Source of the DNA: Myxococcota bacterium
GTDB taxonomy: Bacteria; Myxococcota; Myxococcia; Myxococcales; Myxococcaceae
Reading direction: 5' to 3'
NCBI GenBank assembly: GCA_049322255.1
Contig: JBMORE010000146.1
Coordinates: 1-64,000 of the forward strand
DNA length: 64,000 nt
Part shown: piece by piece, positions 8,972-18,465 of the stretch
Layout of the letters: each line of letters begins with the position of its first letter
How positions within the stretch are numbered: position 1 is the first letter of the stretch
The notes under the pieces: generated by a model
What the model was told of the DNA's origin: nothing
Databases searched by the model: none
Seen by the model: only the letters and a program-made list of their open reading frames with translations
Made by a program: the position numbers and the translations under genes

Positions 8972-10261
8972 ATGAAACCGCTCGTCTTCTTGTGCGTGTC
9001 TTTGGTTTCGGGAGCTGCGCTCGCATCGAGTGATGGCCACGCCGACCCTGTCGCTCCGGTTGCCCTCTGGCTCGTGGTCATCCTGCTCGCGGCCAAGCTC
9101 GGCGGCGACTTGGCGGTGCGCATCGGTCAGCCGGCGGTGCTCGGGGAGCTCCTCGTGGGCGTCGTGCTCGGCAACCTGACGCTGGTGGGCGTTTCAGAGC
9201 TCGAGCCCATCAAGCACGACGCATTCATCGACATGTTTGCCCGGGTCGGCGTCCTCGTCCTCCTGTTCGAGGTCGGGCTCGAGTCGACGGTGGGGCAGAT
9301 GCTCAAGGTCGGTTGGTCCTCTCTCTTGGTGGCAATCCTCGGAGTGGTGACGCCTTTTGGTTTGGGGTGGGCCGTCAGCGCCTGGCTCTTGCCGGCTCAT
9401 GGGCCGTACGTGCACGCCTTCATCGGGGCGACGCTCACCGCGACCAGCGTCGGCATCACCGCGCGCGTGCTCAAAGACCTCGGACGCTCTCAATCGAACG
9501 AGGCGCGCGTCATTCTCGGCGCGGCGGTCATCGACGACGTGCTCGGGCTGGTCATCTTGGCGGTGGTGACCGGGATCATCGCCGCTGCCAATCACGGGGG
9601 AAGCCTGGGGGCCCTCGACGTTCTGTGGACACTCGGCAAAGCGACTGGTTTTCTCTTCCTATCCTTGGTGGTGGGCGTGTTGTTCTCGGGGAAGCTCTTC
9701 TCCCTCGCCTCCAGGCTGCGCGCCCGCGGAGTGCTGCTCGCGATCAGCCTCGCGTTCTGCTTTCTGCTCGCATGGCTCGCCAACTTCATCGGCCTCGCTC
9801 CGATCGTCGGCGCCTTCGCCGCCGGCCTCATTCTGGAGGAGGCGCACTACAAGGACTTCGTGGACAAGGGCGAGCACCAGCTCGAGGAGCTCATTCACCC
9901 CATCTCGTCTTTTCTCGTCCCTGTCTTCTTCGTGCTCATGGGAATGCGTACCGAGCTGCGCTCCTTCGCACAGCCGGGCGTCCTGGGGCTGGCGGGAGCG
10001 CTGACGGGCGTCGCCATCATCGGGAAGCAGGCGTGCTCGCTCGGAGTCATCGGCAAGGGCATGGACCGGCTCTCCGTGGGCATCGGAATGGTTCCGCGCG
10101 GCGAGGTGGGACTCATCTTTGCCAACATCGGCCTGGCGTTGGCCGTGGGCGGCCAGCGCATCATCGACCAGGCCACGTTCTCGGCGGTCGTCGTCATGGT
10201 CATCGTGACGACGATGGTGACCCCCCTCGCTCTCAAATGGAGCCTGGGGAGACGGGCATGA
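8972..10261 (+). CDS. Cation:proton antiporter (CPA2, Na+/H+ exchanger family)
   Basis: QPAVLGEL, LLFEVGLE, ATSVGIT, AAVIDDVLG, GMVPRGEVG; many TM helices. Confidence 0.93.
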   Translation: MKPLVFLCVSLVSGAALASSDGHADPVAPVALWLVVILLAAKLGGDLAVRIGQPAVLGELLVGVVLGNLTLVGVSELEPIKHDAFIDMFARVGVLVLLFEVGLESTVGQMLKVGWSSLLVAILGVVTPFGLGWAVSAWLLPAHGPYVHAFIGATLTATSVGITARVLKDLGRSQSNEARVILGAAVIDDVLGLVILAVVTGIIAAANHGGSLGALDVLWTLGKATGFLFLSLVVGVLFSGKLFSLASRLRARGVLLAISLAFCFLLAWLANFIGLAPIVGAFAAGLILEEAHYKDFVDKGEHQLEELIHPISSFLVPVFFVLMGMRTELRSFAQPGVLGLAGALTGVAIIGKQACSLGVIGKGMDRLSVGIGMVPRGEVGLIFANIGLALAVGGQRIIDQATFSAVVVMVIVTTMVTPLALKWSLGRRA

Positions 10262-11316
10262 GGCCGCTCGGCGAGCACGTCTCGCTCGTCGTCGCGGGAG
10301 CGGTCCTTCTTTTTTCGCTCCTGCTTGGGCTGGTGGCCCGGTGGGTGCTTCTCGCCCGCCTCGCCCGTCTAGCGGAGAAGACCGCTTCGAAGAAAGACGA
10401 CGCGGTGGTGGCTTCGTTGAGGCGCCCGCTCCCCGTTTGGTTTCTCCTCGGCGGGGCGTATGTCGCGTCGCACTTGGTTCAGGTGCCGCCGGACGTCGGC
10501 GTGGTCCTGGAGAAGGCGCTCCTTTCCGTTCTCATCCTCTCCGTCACTTTATGGGCGGCGAATCTGGCCTCTCGCCTTCTTCAGCGCGAGCTACCCGCGG
10601 GAGGCGCCGCCGCGGTTGCCGCCACCGGCGTGGTGCGCCAGGCGGTCAGAATCGCCGTCCTCGCCGTCGGTGGGCTGGTGCTTCTTGGCACCCTCGGCAT
10701 CTCGGTGACGCCGGTTCTCACGACCGTCGGTATCGGTGGCCTGGCGGTCGCCCTCGGGCTTCAAGAAACGCTCGCCAACCTCTTCGCCGGCATGCAAATC
10801 ACCCTCGCGGGGAACATCTGCGTCGGGGACTTCATCAAGCTCGAGTCGGGTGAGGAGGGCTACGTCGACGACATCCACTGGAGAACGACCCGCGTTCGGA
10901 CCCTGCCCAATAATTTCGTGCTCATCCCCAACAGCCGCCTCGCGCAAAGCGTCGTCACCAACTACCACCGGCCGTCGAAAGACATGGCCGTCCTCGTCCA
11001 GGTGGGTGTCCACTACGCGAGCAATTTGGACCATGTCGAGCGCGTCACCGGCGAGGTGGCACGCACCATCATGAAGACGGTGAAAGGCGGCGTTCCCGAG
11101 TTCGAGCCCTTCATCCGGTACCACACGTTCGCCGACTCGAGCATCGACTTCACCGTCATCCTGCGGGCCCAGGAGCTCACCGACAGCTTCCTTGTCAAAC
11201 ATGAATTCGTGAAAGCGCTCTCGCGAGCGTACGCGGCCGAGGGAATCGTCATTCCCTTTCCCATTCGGGCCATCAACCTGGACCAGGAGAAGGCGCGCGT
11301 GGAGAGGGGCGCGTAG
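10258..11316 (+). CDS. Small-conductance mechanosensitive channel (MscS family)
   Basis: ATGA overlap with the antiporter; GIGGLAVALGLQETLANLFAG, GDFIKL, IPNSRL, GIVIPFP. Confidence 0.93.
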   Translation: MRPLGEHVSLVVAGAVLLFSLLLGLVARWVLLARLARLAEKTASKKDDAVVASLRRPLPVWFLLGGAYVASHLVQVPPDVGVVLEKALLSVLILSVTLWAANLASRLLQRELPAGGAAAVAATGVVRQAVRIAVLAVGGLVLLGTLGISVTPVLTTVGIGGLAVALGLQETLANLFAGMQITLAGNICVGDFIKLESGEEGYVDDIHWRTTRVRTLPNNFVLIPNSRLAQSVVTNYHRPSKDMAVLVQVGVHYASNLDHVERVTGEVARTIMKTVKGGVPEFEPFIRYHTFADSSIDFTVILRAQELTDSFLVKHEFVKALSRAYAAEGIVIPFPIRAINLDQEKARVERGA

Positions 11317-11396
11317 CCACGGGGTTTTCCGGTCAACGTCAGACTCCTTTGTTAGCTTCCCGACCTTCGAAGGCGGGATGAACGGAGGGGTTTTCT

Positions 11397-13112
11397 ATGC
11401 GTTGGGTGATGCCCGAGGGCATCGGGGAGGAATCGTCGGCGGCGGTGGCGGCCGCGCTGGGCCTTCATCCGCTGGCGGCCCGCGTGCTGTGGAACCGCGG
11501 TCTGCGCTCTTCCGGGTCGGTGGCGGCCTTCCTTGGCGACAAGCTGGCCGATCTACCCGACCCGCTCACCATGAAGGGAATGCCGGCCGCGGTGGAGCGG
11601 CTGTGCCGAGCCATCCGCGCGCGGGAGAAAGTCACCCTGTGGGGCGACTATGACGTCGACGGCGTTTGCTCGACCGCGCTTTTGTCGTTGTTCATGCGCG
11701 AGCTGGGCGCCGAGCCGGCCACCTATCTCCCCCACCGGCTGGGCGAGGGCTACGGGCTCAACGGCGCGGCGATCGAGCGCATCGCCGCCGACGGCACCCG
11801 CCTGTTGGTGACCCTCGACTGCGGCATCACCTCGCACGCCGAGATTGCGACGGCCAACGCCAAAGGCCTCGAGGTGGTGGTGGTCGACCACCACGCGGTG
11901 CCCGAGACGATGCCTCCCGCGGTGGCGGTGCTCAACCCCCATCAGCCCGGCTGCGGCTACCCCACGCGTCACCTGTGCGCGGCAGGGGTGACGTTCAACC
12001 TGTGCATGGGGGTGCGCCGCCGGCTGCGCGAGGAGGGCTACTTCGCAGGGCGGCAGGAGCCCCACTTACGCTCGCTCCTCGACCTGGTGGCGCTGGCCAC
12101 CGTGGCCGACGTGGTGCCCCTCACCGGGGCCAACCGCATCTTGGTGCGGCAGGGTTTGGCCGAGCTGACGGCGGCGAAGCGCCCCGGGGTGCGGGCGCTC
12201 AAGGAGGTCGCCGGGCTTTCCGCCGAAGCAGAGGTCACCGCGGGGCACGTGGGTTTTCGTCTGGGGCCGCGCATCAACGCCGCGGGGCGGCTGGCAGACG
12301 CGTCGGTGGGCTTACGTCTGTTGTGCGCCAGCTCCCTTCCCGAGGCCCGAACGCTCGCCGCCGCTCTCGACGCCGCCAACGCCGAGCGCCAAGCGGTGGA
12401 GCGGGAAATTCTCGAGGCGGCGCTGCGCCAGGCAGAAGGCAAGAAGGGCGCGCGCGGCTTGGTGCTGCACTCCGAGGGCTGGCACCCCGGGGTGATCGGC
12501 ATCGTCGCCTCGCGGGTGGTGGAGCGCTACCACCGCCCCACGGTGATGGTGGCGGTGCACGAGGGCATGGGCCGGGGGTCGGGGCGCAGCATCGACGGCT
12601 TCCACCTCTTCGATGCGCTCAAGGCATGCGAGGCCCACCTGGCCAAATGGGGCGGGCACAAGCATGCCGCCGGGCTGTCGGTCGAGCCTTCACGCTTGGC
12701 CTCGTTTTCCGAGGCGTTCGAGAAGGTCGCCGCCGAGCGCCTCTCGGAGGAAGACTTGGTGCCACGTTGCCGCATCGACGCGGTGGTGACACCCCAGGAG
12801 CTCGACGAGCGTGCGGTGGCGGGTGTGGGAGCGCTGGCTCCCTTTGGCCAGGGCAACCCCGAGCCGGTGTTCGCCGCGCGCCGCCTGGTGGGGCAGCCAC
12901 GCATCGTCACTCGCAAGAGCAAAGACGGCCCAGATCATCTGAAGCTCACCCTCGAGGCCGCCTCCCACCTCGATGCCATCGGGTTCGGCATGGCCGATCG
13001 GCTCCCGCTCACCGAAGGGCCGGTCGACTTGGCTTTTCAGGCGGCCATCGACGAGTGGAACGGGAGGCGCCGGGTGTCGCTCAAGCTCAAGGACATGCGG
13101 GCGTCGGGGTAG
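11397..13112 (+). CDS. recJ: Single-stranded-DNA-specific exonuclease RecJ
   Basis: GDYDVDG, EGYGLN, TLDCG, VVDHH, GPRINAAGR, GGHKHAAG, PFGQGNPEP. Confidence 0.97.
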   Translation: MRWVMPEGIGEESSAAVAAALGLHPLAARVLWNRGLRSSGSVAAFLGDKLADLPDPLTMKGMPAAVERLCRAIRAREKVTLWGDYDVDGVCSTALLSLFMRELGAEPATYLPHRLGEGYGLNGAAIERIAADGTRLLVTLDCGITSHAEIATANAKGLEVVVVDHHAVPETMPPAVAVLNPHQPGCGYPTRHLCAAGVTFNLCMGVRRRLREEGYFAGRQEPHLRSLLDLVALATVADVVPLTGANRILVRQGLAELTAAKRPGVRALKEVAGLSAEAEVTAGHVGFRLGPRINAAGRLADASVGLRLLCASSLPEARTLAAALDAANAERQAVEREILEAALRQAEGKKGARGLVLHSEGWHPGVIGIVASRVVERYHRPTVMVAVHEGMGRGSGRSIDGFHLFDALKACEAHLAKWGGHKHAAGLSVEPSRLASFSEAFEKVAAERLSEEDLVPRCRIDAVVTPQELDERAVAGVGALAPFGQGNPEPVFAARRLVGQPRIVTRKSKDGPDHLKLTLEAASHLDAIGFGMADRLPLTEGPVDLAFQAAIDEWNGRRRVSLKLKDMRASG

Positions 13113-13260
13113 GGAAAAGAAGAGGCGACCCGCTCGGTGCGAAAGAGGCTCGATGCCGAGCGGGCCGGCGCTCTTGGGAAGCGGAGACCCCCGACCCCGC
13201 TTCCCGCTTGAACCGGCGAAGAGGGCGCCCCTGCCCAGCTTCGCCGGTTCCTTTTCGCCC
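13112..13260. other. Highly structured intergenic element (three hairpins inside a closing stem); the last hairpin could be a terminator
   Basis: Stems: gggaagcgg/ccgcttccc; gaaccggcgaag/cttcgccggttc; cccgctcgg/ccgagcggg; closing gaaaag/cttttc. Confidence 0.55.
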
Positions 13261-13301
13261 ATGCAGCCCCTCGCCGCTGGGCGTCCCCCCTCTTTGGGCC
13301 T

Positions 13302-13526
13302 TCACGCCAACCCCCAGCACACCCGCCCCGAGGAGAGCAGGGCGCCCGCGCGCGCCATTTCATCGAGGCGCAGGCGTTCGACGTGCTGCTTGAAAGCTTG
13401 GTGGCAACGCTCGGAGCAAAAAAAGTAGCGCCGCTTCTTGTACTCGGTGCTGTGGGCGATGGCGCCTGCGAGCCGCTTGCCGCAGATGGGGTCGAACGGG
13501 TTGTCGGTCGTCGCTGGTTTGGCCAT
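13302..13526 (-). CDS. Small stand-alone YHS-domain protein
   Basis: DPICGK...YKKRRYFFCSERCHQAF is the YHS signature. Confidence 0.85.
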   Translation of the reverse strand: MAKPATTDNPFDPICGKRLAGAIAHSTEYKKRRYFFCSERCHQAFKQHVERLRLDEMARAGALLSSGRVCWGLA

Positions 13527-13558
13527 CGGCCGCCTCACGGTCTCGCTGCCCGGTACGT

Positions 13559-13574
13559 AGCAGCCCCCGTGCCA
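13559..13574 (-). promoter_or_regulatory. Candidate sigma-54 promoter of the YHS gene
   Basis: Minus strand TGGCAC-GGGGG-CTGCT matches the -24/-12 consensus TGGCAC-N5-TTGC(W) and lies ~33 nt upstream of the ATG. Confidence 0.55.
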
Positions 13575-13710
13575 GCGCTCCTGTCAGAGGCAAGGGGGTG
13601 GCTGGACGACCTAGGAGGCCTACGGAAAGGGAAAAGGCTTCTCCTGAAGGGTGGGGGACCTTTCCTAAGGAGGGTAGTGCGCCCGTGCGGTGCGAGCGGC
13701 AAGGTCGAGC

Positions 13711-14448
13711 TCAGAACACGGCGCCGATGCCCGCCCCCAGAAAGGTGTCGTCCATGTAACCGCGGCGGAAGCGGGTCAGCTCCAGGCGCAGGCTGACGCG
13801 GAGCGACTCGTCACCCACCACCGCCGGCCGCCCGCGGATGCCCGCGCCGTACTGCAGAACGGGCTTGGTGCCGGAGATTTGCGTCTCCACGTTGGAGACG
13901 TGCAGGGCGTGGAACTGGTACGCCAGCCCGAGGCCTGCCTGAAGGTAGGCGACGACGCTCGATTTTTGGCCGAGGCGGAAGCCGTATGCCGGGGCCACGG
14001 TGAAGTAGTGGTAGTTGGTGTCGCCGAAGACTTCCTGCGAGCCCTCGCGCAGCGCGGCGTACGACCAGGTGACGTCGGCAAAGAGCGCCTCGCGCAGCCG
14101 TTCGTCGGCAAGGACGCGGCCCAGCTCCCAGGTGAAGCGCAGGCCGTAGGCGAAGCGGCTTTCCACCCCCTGCCCGCGCGCCGAGTCGAGCAGCATCAGC
14201 CCGGCCACCCACTCTCCGCCGACCCCGATGTTGGGGTCGTCAACGCCGGCCAGCGACTCCTCGCGCTCGAGCGCTTCGTACTCGCTCTCCTCGCGCAAGT
14301 CGGCCGTCGCCTCGCTGCGGCGGGGGAGCTTGCGCGGGGTGGCGGTTTCCTCCTCCTCTTCGGGGTAGGGAATGGGCGCATCGTCGTCCTGCGCCTGCGC
14401 CAAGGTCGCGGCAAAGAGAAAGAGCAAGGTGGGCCAGCGCGCGCGCAT
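13711..14448 (-). CDS. Hypothetical outer-membrane beta-barrel protein
   Basis: Signal peptide, acidic linker, alternating beta-strands, C-terminal Phe (GAGIGAVF). Confidence 0.7.
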   Translation of the reverse strand: MRARWPTLLFLFAATLAQAQDDDAPIPYPEEEEETATPRKLPRRSEATADLREESEYEALEREESLAGVDDPNIGVGGEWVAGLMLLDSARGQGVESRFAYGLRFTWELGRVLADERLREALFADVTWSYAALREGSQEVFGDTNYHYFTVAPAYGFRLGQKSSVVAYLQAGLGLAYQFHALHVSNVETQISGTKPVLQYGAGIRGRPAVVGDESLRVSLRLELTRFRRGYMDDTFLGAGIGAVF

Positions 14449-14450
14449 GT

Positions 14451-15716
14451 TCAGGGAAGAAGCGGGCAGTCGGTGCCCTTGACGGAGCTGACGGGGCAGT
14501 GAGGGAGCTCCCCGCGCGGCACCTGGAAGCGGTCGAGGAATTCGTTACAGGTCAGCTCTTGCAGCCTCGAGCCGGCCGGTAGGTGCGCGAGGAGGGCGTC
14601 GAGCACCGCGGAGAGGGTGAAGTTCTGCGGCGTCTCCAGGTTGTTGCGAATGAGCTGACGAAACCCGGGGGTAGCCGCCGAGTCATCGTCGTAGGCGGAG
14701 ATCACCGCCTTTTGCAGCACGCCCATCTGCGCGCTCTTGTTCCCTGCCTGGTAGAGCGAAGCGGCGAGGAGGGTGCCCACCTCGTACTCCAGGCCCTGGC
14801 CGGTGAACGTCCCCACTGGCAAGGAGGCGAGCGCGGTGCGCAGCCCCTCGCTCATGCACTTGTCCGGCTTGGAGATGTCGCGGTCGTCGACGATGTCGTC
14901 TTTGAAAGAATGGGAGAAGAAGCGCGGGTTGCAGCCAAGCTCGGTCACGCAGGTGACGCCGTGGGCGTGGAAATCGGCCAGGCCCTCGTCCAGCGCCTTG
15001 AGCAGGTTGACCTGCGGGTTGGCCGCGCCCAACCCGAGCCAGCGAAGGAACGGGTCGGGGATCGCCCGGCCTCCGTACACCTTGGTGTTGAACACCCGGT
15101 GCGAGTACTCGTGCCCGATGACGCCGATGTTGATGGACAGCGGAATCTGCTGGAGCGACTCGAACGGCAAGACCGCGAACGCCCACACGGGCGAAAAGAA
15201 CAGCGCGTTGTCCTTCTGCGGCTGGGGGCTCACCTCTGTGAGGGTGAATTCGGCGAAGTAGAGCACCTTCGAGCCGAGCAGCTCCTCGGTGGGCTTGCCG
15301 TCGTAGATTTGCTGGAAGTAGCCAAACGCCTGCTCGAAGTTGAAGTAGGTGGTGACCATGTTCCAGGTGTGGAAGTCGGCCGGCCACAAGACGCCGTCCT
15401 TCTCGATGTAGCTGGCACGCACGTCGACGCCTTTGCCTTTGAGAAAAACCTCGGCGAGCTGAGCGTCGGTGAGGTTGCCGCCGTTGGTTTGCAGCAAGGG
15501 GTCATTGGGGTCGACCAGCACCCGCGCACCGCCCACCATCTGCGCGACCGAGCCTTTCAGGGCCACCACGTCGCTCACCGTGTGCAGCTCGACGGGGCGT
15601 GTCTCGTAGACGCCTTCGCTGCCGAGCACCAGCGCCATCACCCGAAAGGGGGCCTGCCCGCCGGGAGCGCAGCAGATGAGGAGCGCCCCCAGAAGGCCGC
15701 TCAGAAGTGTGCGCAT
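14451..15716 (-). CDS. Lipoprotein with gluzincin (M4/M36-like) zinc-metallopeptidase motif
   Basis: Lipobox-like LLICC; DNALF, GHEYSH and downstream ALDEGLADF. Confidence 0.7.
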   Translation of the reverse strand: MRTLLSGLLGALLICCAPGGQAPFRVMALVLGSEGVYETRPVELHTVSDVVALKGSVAQMVGGARVLVDPNDPLLQTNGGNLTDAQLAEVFLKGKGVDVRASYIEKDGVLWPADFHTWNMVTTYFNFEQAFGYFQQIYDGKPTEELLGSKVLYFAEFTLTEVSPQPQKDNALFFSPVWAFAVLPFESLQQIPLSINIGVIGHEYSHRVFNTKVYGGRAIPDPFLRWLGLGAANPQVNLLKALDEGLADFHAHGVTCVTELGCNPRFFSHSFKDDIVDDRDISKPDKCMSEGLRTALASLPVGTFTGQGLEYEVGTLLAASLYQAGNKSAQMGVLQKAVISAYDDDSAATPGFRQLIRNNLETPQNFTLSAVLDALLAHLPAGSRLQELTCNEFLDRFQVPRGELPHCPVSSVKGTDCPLLP

Positions 15717-15856
15717 CGTCACCTATCCAAGCCCACCCCGGCCGTGGTTTCCACACATCCCATCACGGCTGGGTGAAGAATTCTATTTCACCTTCAGCGC
15801 CGACGGCACGTAAGATGAGCTCGCCCTTGGGTTGCCAATCAATTGGGGGAGTATTC

Positions 15857-17125
15857 ATGCGTCGTGTGATGACGGGAGTGCTCGTTTTCCTGGCAGCGTG
15901 CGGTTCGGGAGACTTCACGCAAGAAGAGCTCGCGTTGCTTCGAGAGCTCACCTTGGCGACTGTGCCGCCCAGCCCGACGAACGAATATGCCGACAACGTC
16001 AAAGCGGCCGAGCTGGGGCAGATGTTCTTCTTCGACTCGCGCTTCTCGGGGCCGTTGAAAGTAACCAGCGACCTGGGAGCGGCGGGCGAACCAGGAAAAG
16101 TCGCTTGCGTCTCTTGCCACGATCCGGCGAACGGTGGCACCGACCATCGATCACAACCAGGCAACACCAGCCTGGGAGCGGACTTCACCGGTCGTAACTC
16201 TCCTTCGGTCTACAACGTCGCGTACTACTCGTGGATGTTCTGGGACGGGCGCAAGGACAGCGTCTGGAGCCAGGCCCTGGGCCCCGTCGAGAGCGGCGTG
16301 GAGCACAACTTCTCCCGGCTGGGGGTCGCACACGTCATCTACGACCACTACCGGGCGCGGTACGAAGAGGTCTTCGGCGCGAAGTGGCCGATGCCGCTTC
16401 TTTCGGACACGGTGCGCTTCCCCTTGGCCGGCAAACCGGGCGAGCCGGCGTTCGACAACATGGCGGCCGCTGATCAGGACGCCGTCAACCGGGTGTTCGC
16501 CAATTTCGGAAAGGCGATCGAGGCCTACGAGAGAAAGCTCATTCATCGCAACACGGCTTTCGACAAGTACCTCGAGGGAGACGAAATGGCCCTCTCCCCG
16601 GCGGCCAAGCGCGGGGCCAAGGTCTTCGTCGGCAAGGCGGCCTGCATGGAGTGCCACGACGGGGGCGAGGGCGGTAACTTCGCCGATGGTGAGTTCCACA
16701 ACACCGGGGTGAGCCAGACGGGGGCCAATCTACCCAACAATGATCCTGGGCGAACCGCCGGCATCACCACGGTCCTCAACGACATGTTCAATGCCAAGGG
16801 TGTCTACAGCGACGCACCGACCGATGTGTTGCTTGCGGGCTTGGCTCCGACGGCCGTCCACGAAGGCGCCTTCAAAACTCCCGGGCTGCGCGGGGTGTCG
16901 AAGACCGCTCCCTACATGCACAGCGGCTCCATCAAGTCACTCAAGGACGTGATGGTGTTCTACAAAGAGGGTGGAGACCCGGGCGGCTTTAGCGGCACCA
17001 AGGACGAGGCGATGAAACCCCTCCTGCTCACGGACAGAGAGATCGACGACCTGGTTGCTTTCATGGAATCGTTGGACGGCGAACCTCTCCCAGACGCCTT
17101 GGTGAACAAGCCCGCCTTGCCATGA
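15857..17125 (+). CDS. Diheme cytochrome c peroxidase family lipoprotein (MauG/MbnH-like), copy 1
   Basis: Lipobox LAAC; CVSCH and CMECH; RNSPS, FWDGR, FKTPGLR..TAPYMH. Confidence 0.92.
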   Translation: MRRVMTGVLVFLAACGSGDFTQEELALLRELTLATVPPSPTNEYADNVKAAELGQMFFFDSRFSGPLKVTSDLGAAGEPGKVACVSCHDPANGGTDHRSQPGNTSLGADFTGRNSPSVYNVAYYSWMFWDGRKDSVWSQALGPVESGVEHNFSRLGVAHVIYDHYRARYEEVFGAKWPMPLLSDTVRFPLAGKPGEPAFDNMAAADQDAVNRVFANFGKAIEAYERKLIHRNTAFDKYLEGDEMALSPAAKRGAKVFVGKAACMECHDGGEGGNFADGEFHNTGVSQTGANLPNNDPGRTAGITTVLNDMFNAKGVYSDAPTDVLLAGLAPTAVHEGAFKTPGLRGVSKTAPYMHSGSIKSLKDVMVFYKEGGDPGGFSGTKDEAMKPLLLTDREIDDLVAFMESLDGEPLPDALVNKPALP

Positions 17126-18447
17126 CCCAATCGCTTCTTGGCTGTGCTGCGTTGTGGGCCCTCGTCGCGACCCCTGCGGCGGGGCAGCAAAGTGAGCCAC
17201 TCGAAGAACGGGTGGCACGTCTGGAGGAGGAGAATCGGCGCCTGGCCGAGGCACTCCAAGAGGCCCGACGGCCCAGGCCCGCCAACGCGGCCCACCTGGT
17301 AGCGGGTGAGCTGAAGGTCAGGCTCACTGGCTACGTCGACGCCGGGTTCTTCAAGGCGGGCGGTGACGGGGTCGCCTACGCTTTGGATGCAGGCAAGCGA
17401 AATCACCCCGAGTACAGCGACATTCCTTGGGTGTTCGACGGAGACCCTTGGGCCAACCCGGTCAATTCCCAAGGAGATTCCGCCGACCTGGGGCTGGATC
17501 GGACCAACATCGCCCGGTTCGACCCCATTCGCTCACAAGGGCGACCTTCCTTCATTTTGAATATGGTCAACCTGGGGTTGGTCGGAAGCCACGGAGGCGA
17601 GTTCTTGGTGGAAGCCAGCCTGAACATCGAGCCGAGGCAAGGGCTGTTGGGCTCGACCGGCGACTTCGTCGACGTCGACTTGGCCTATGTGGAGTGGATT
17701 GCGTCCCGCAAGCACGACCTGCACTTCTTCGCCGGAAAATTCGAGTCGATCTTCGGTATCGAGTACCGAGGGCGAAAGGCGCCCGATCGGTACGGCGTCA
17801 CCCCCTCCATCATTTCCCGCTACACCAGCGGCACCCCCACCGGGGTCAAGGCGCGCTTCAGCCCTTGGACTGGCCCGGTCACTTTGAACCTCGCCCTCAC
17901 CAACGGGGGAATGTTCACCGAGCGGTTCGCTCACTTTTTCAACGAGATCGACAAAAACGCCTTCAAGACCGCCACCGGCCGTCTTTCTTACACGCTTCCT
18001 TTGCCCTTCTTTCTCGAGGTCGGGGCCTCGGGCCAGTACGGCGCGCAGGACGGGCAGCCAGACGAGAACGTGCCCCAATGGATGTTCGGGTTCGATGCCA
18101 AGCTGGCGGTAGGAGACGTCATCGTGCGCGGCGAGTACTTGCGGACGCGTGCCCAGGGGGGAGGCTTGAGCGAAGCGCCGGTCTTGCGGGCGGAGGGCTT
18201 CTACGTCGATGCCTCCTACCAATTCCTACCTTGGTTCGGGGTGTTGGCCCGGGTGGATCACCGCAACGCGTTTCTCCTCGCCGAGACCAACCTCTATCTC
18301 ACCAATGTCAGCCGCGTCACCGCTGGGCTACGCTTCGACATCAATTTCCACTTGATTGCCAAGGTGGAATACCTCAGGGTCCAGGAAATGAGTGGGCCTG
18401 AGCTAGACGACGATGTCTTTACCAGCTCGTTGATTCTTAGGTTCTGA
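17122..18447 (+). CDS. Putative porin / outer-membrane beta-barrel with N-terminal coiled coil
   Basis: Signal peptide, LEERVARLEEENRRL coil, DLAYVEW, GKFESIFGIE, C-terminal Phe; ATGA overlap with the peroxidase. Confidence 0.75.
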   Translation: MTQSLLGCAALWALVATPAAGQQSEPLEERVARLEEENRRLAEALQEARRPRPANAAHLVAGELKVRLTGYVDAGFFKAGGDGVAYALDAGKRNHPEYSDIPWVFDGDPWANPVNSQGDSADLGLDRTNIARFDPIRSQGRPSFILNMVNLGLVGSHGGEFLVEASLNIEPRQGLLGSTGDFVDVDLAYVEWIASRKHDLHFFAGKFESIFGIEYRGRKAPDRYGVTPSIISRYTSGTPTGVKARFSPWTGPVTLNLALTNGGMFTERFAHFFNEIDKNAFKTATGRLSYTLPLPFFLEVGASGQYGAQDGQPDENVPQWMFGFDAKLAVGDVIVRGEYLRTRAQGGGLSEAPVLRAEGFYVDASYQFLPWFGVLARVDHRNAFLLAETNLYLTNVSRVTAGLRFDINFHLIAKVEYLRVQEMSGPELDDDVFTSSLILRF

Positions 18448-18465
18448 ACAAGGGAAGGTGTACTC

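Noticed and set aside
9313..10257. N-terminal extensions in the ORF track (667-aa MscS; likewise 122.., 29125.., 57476.., 60410.., ..46041, ..55485)
   Set aside because: The extensions overlap neighbouring genes in another frame; true starts were placed at overlapping ATGA/GTGA junctions or domain boundaries.
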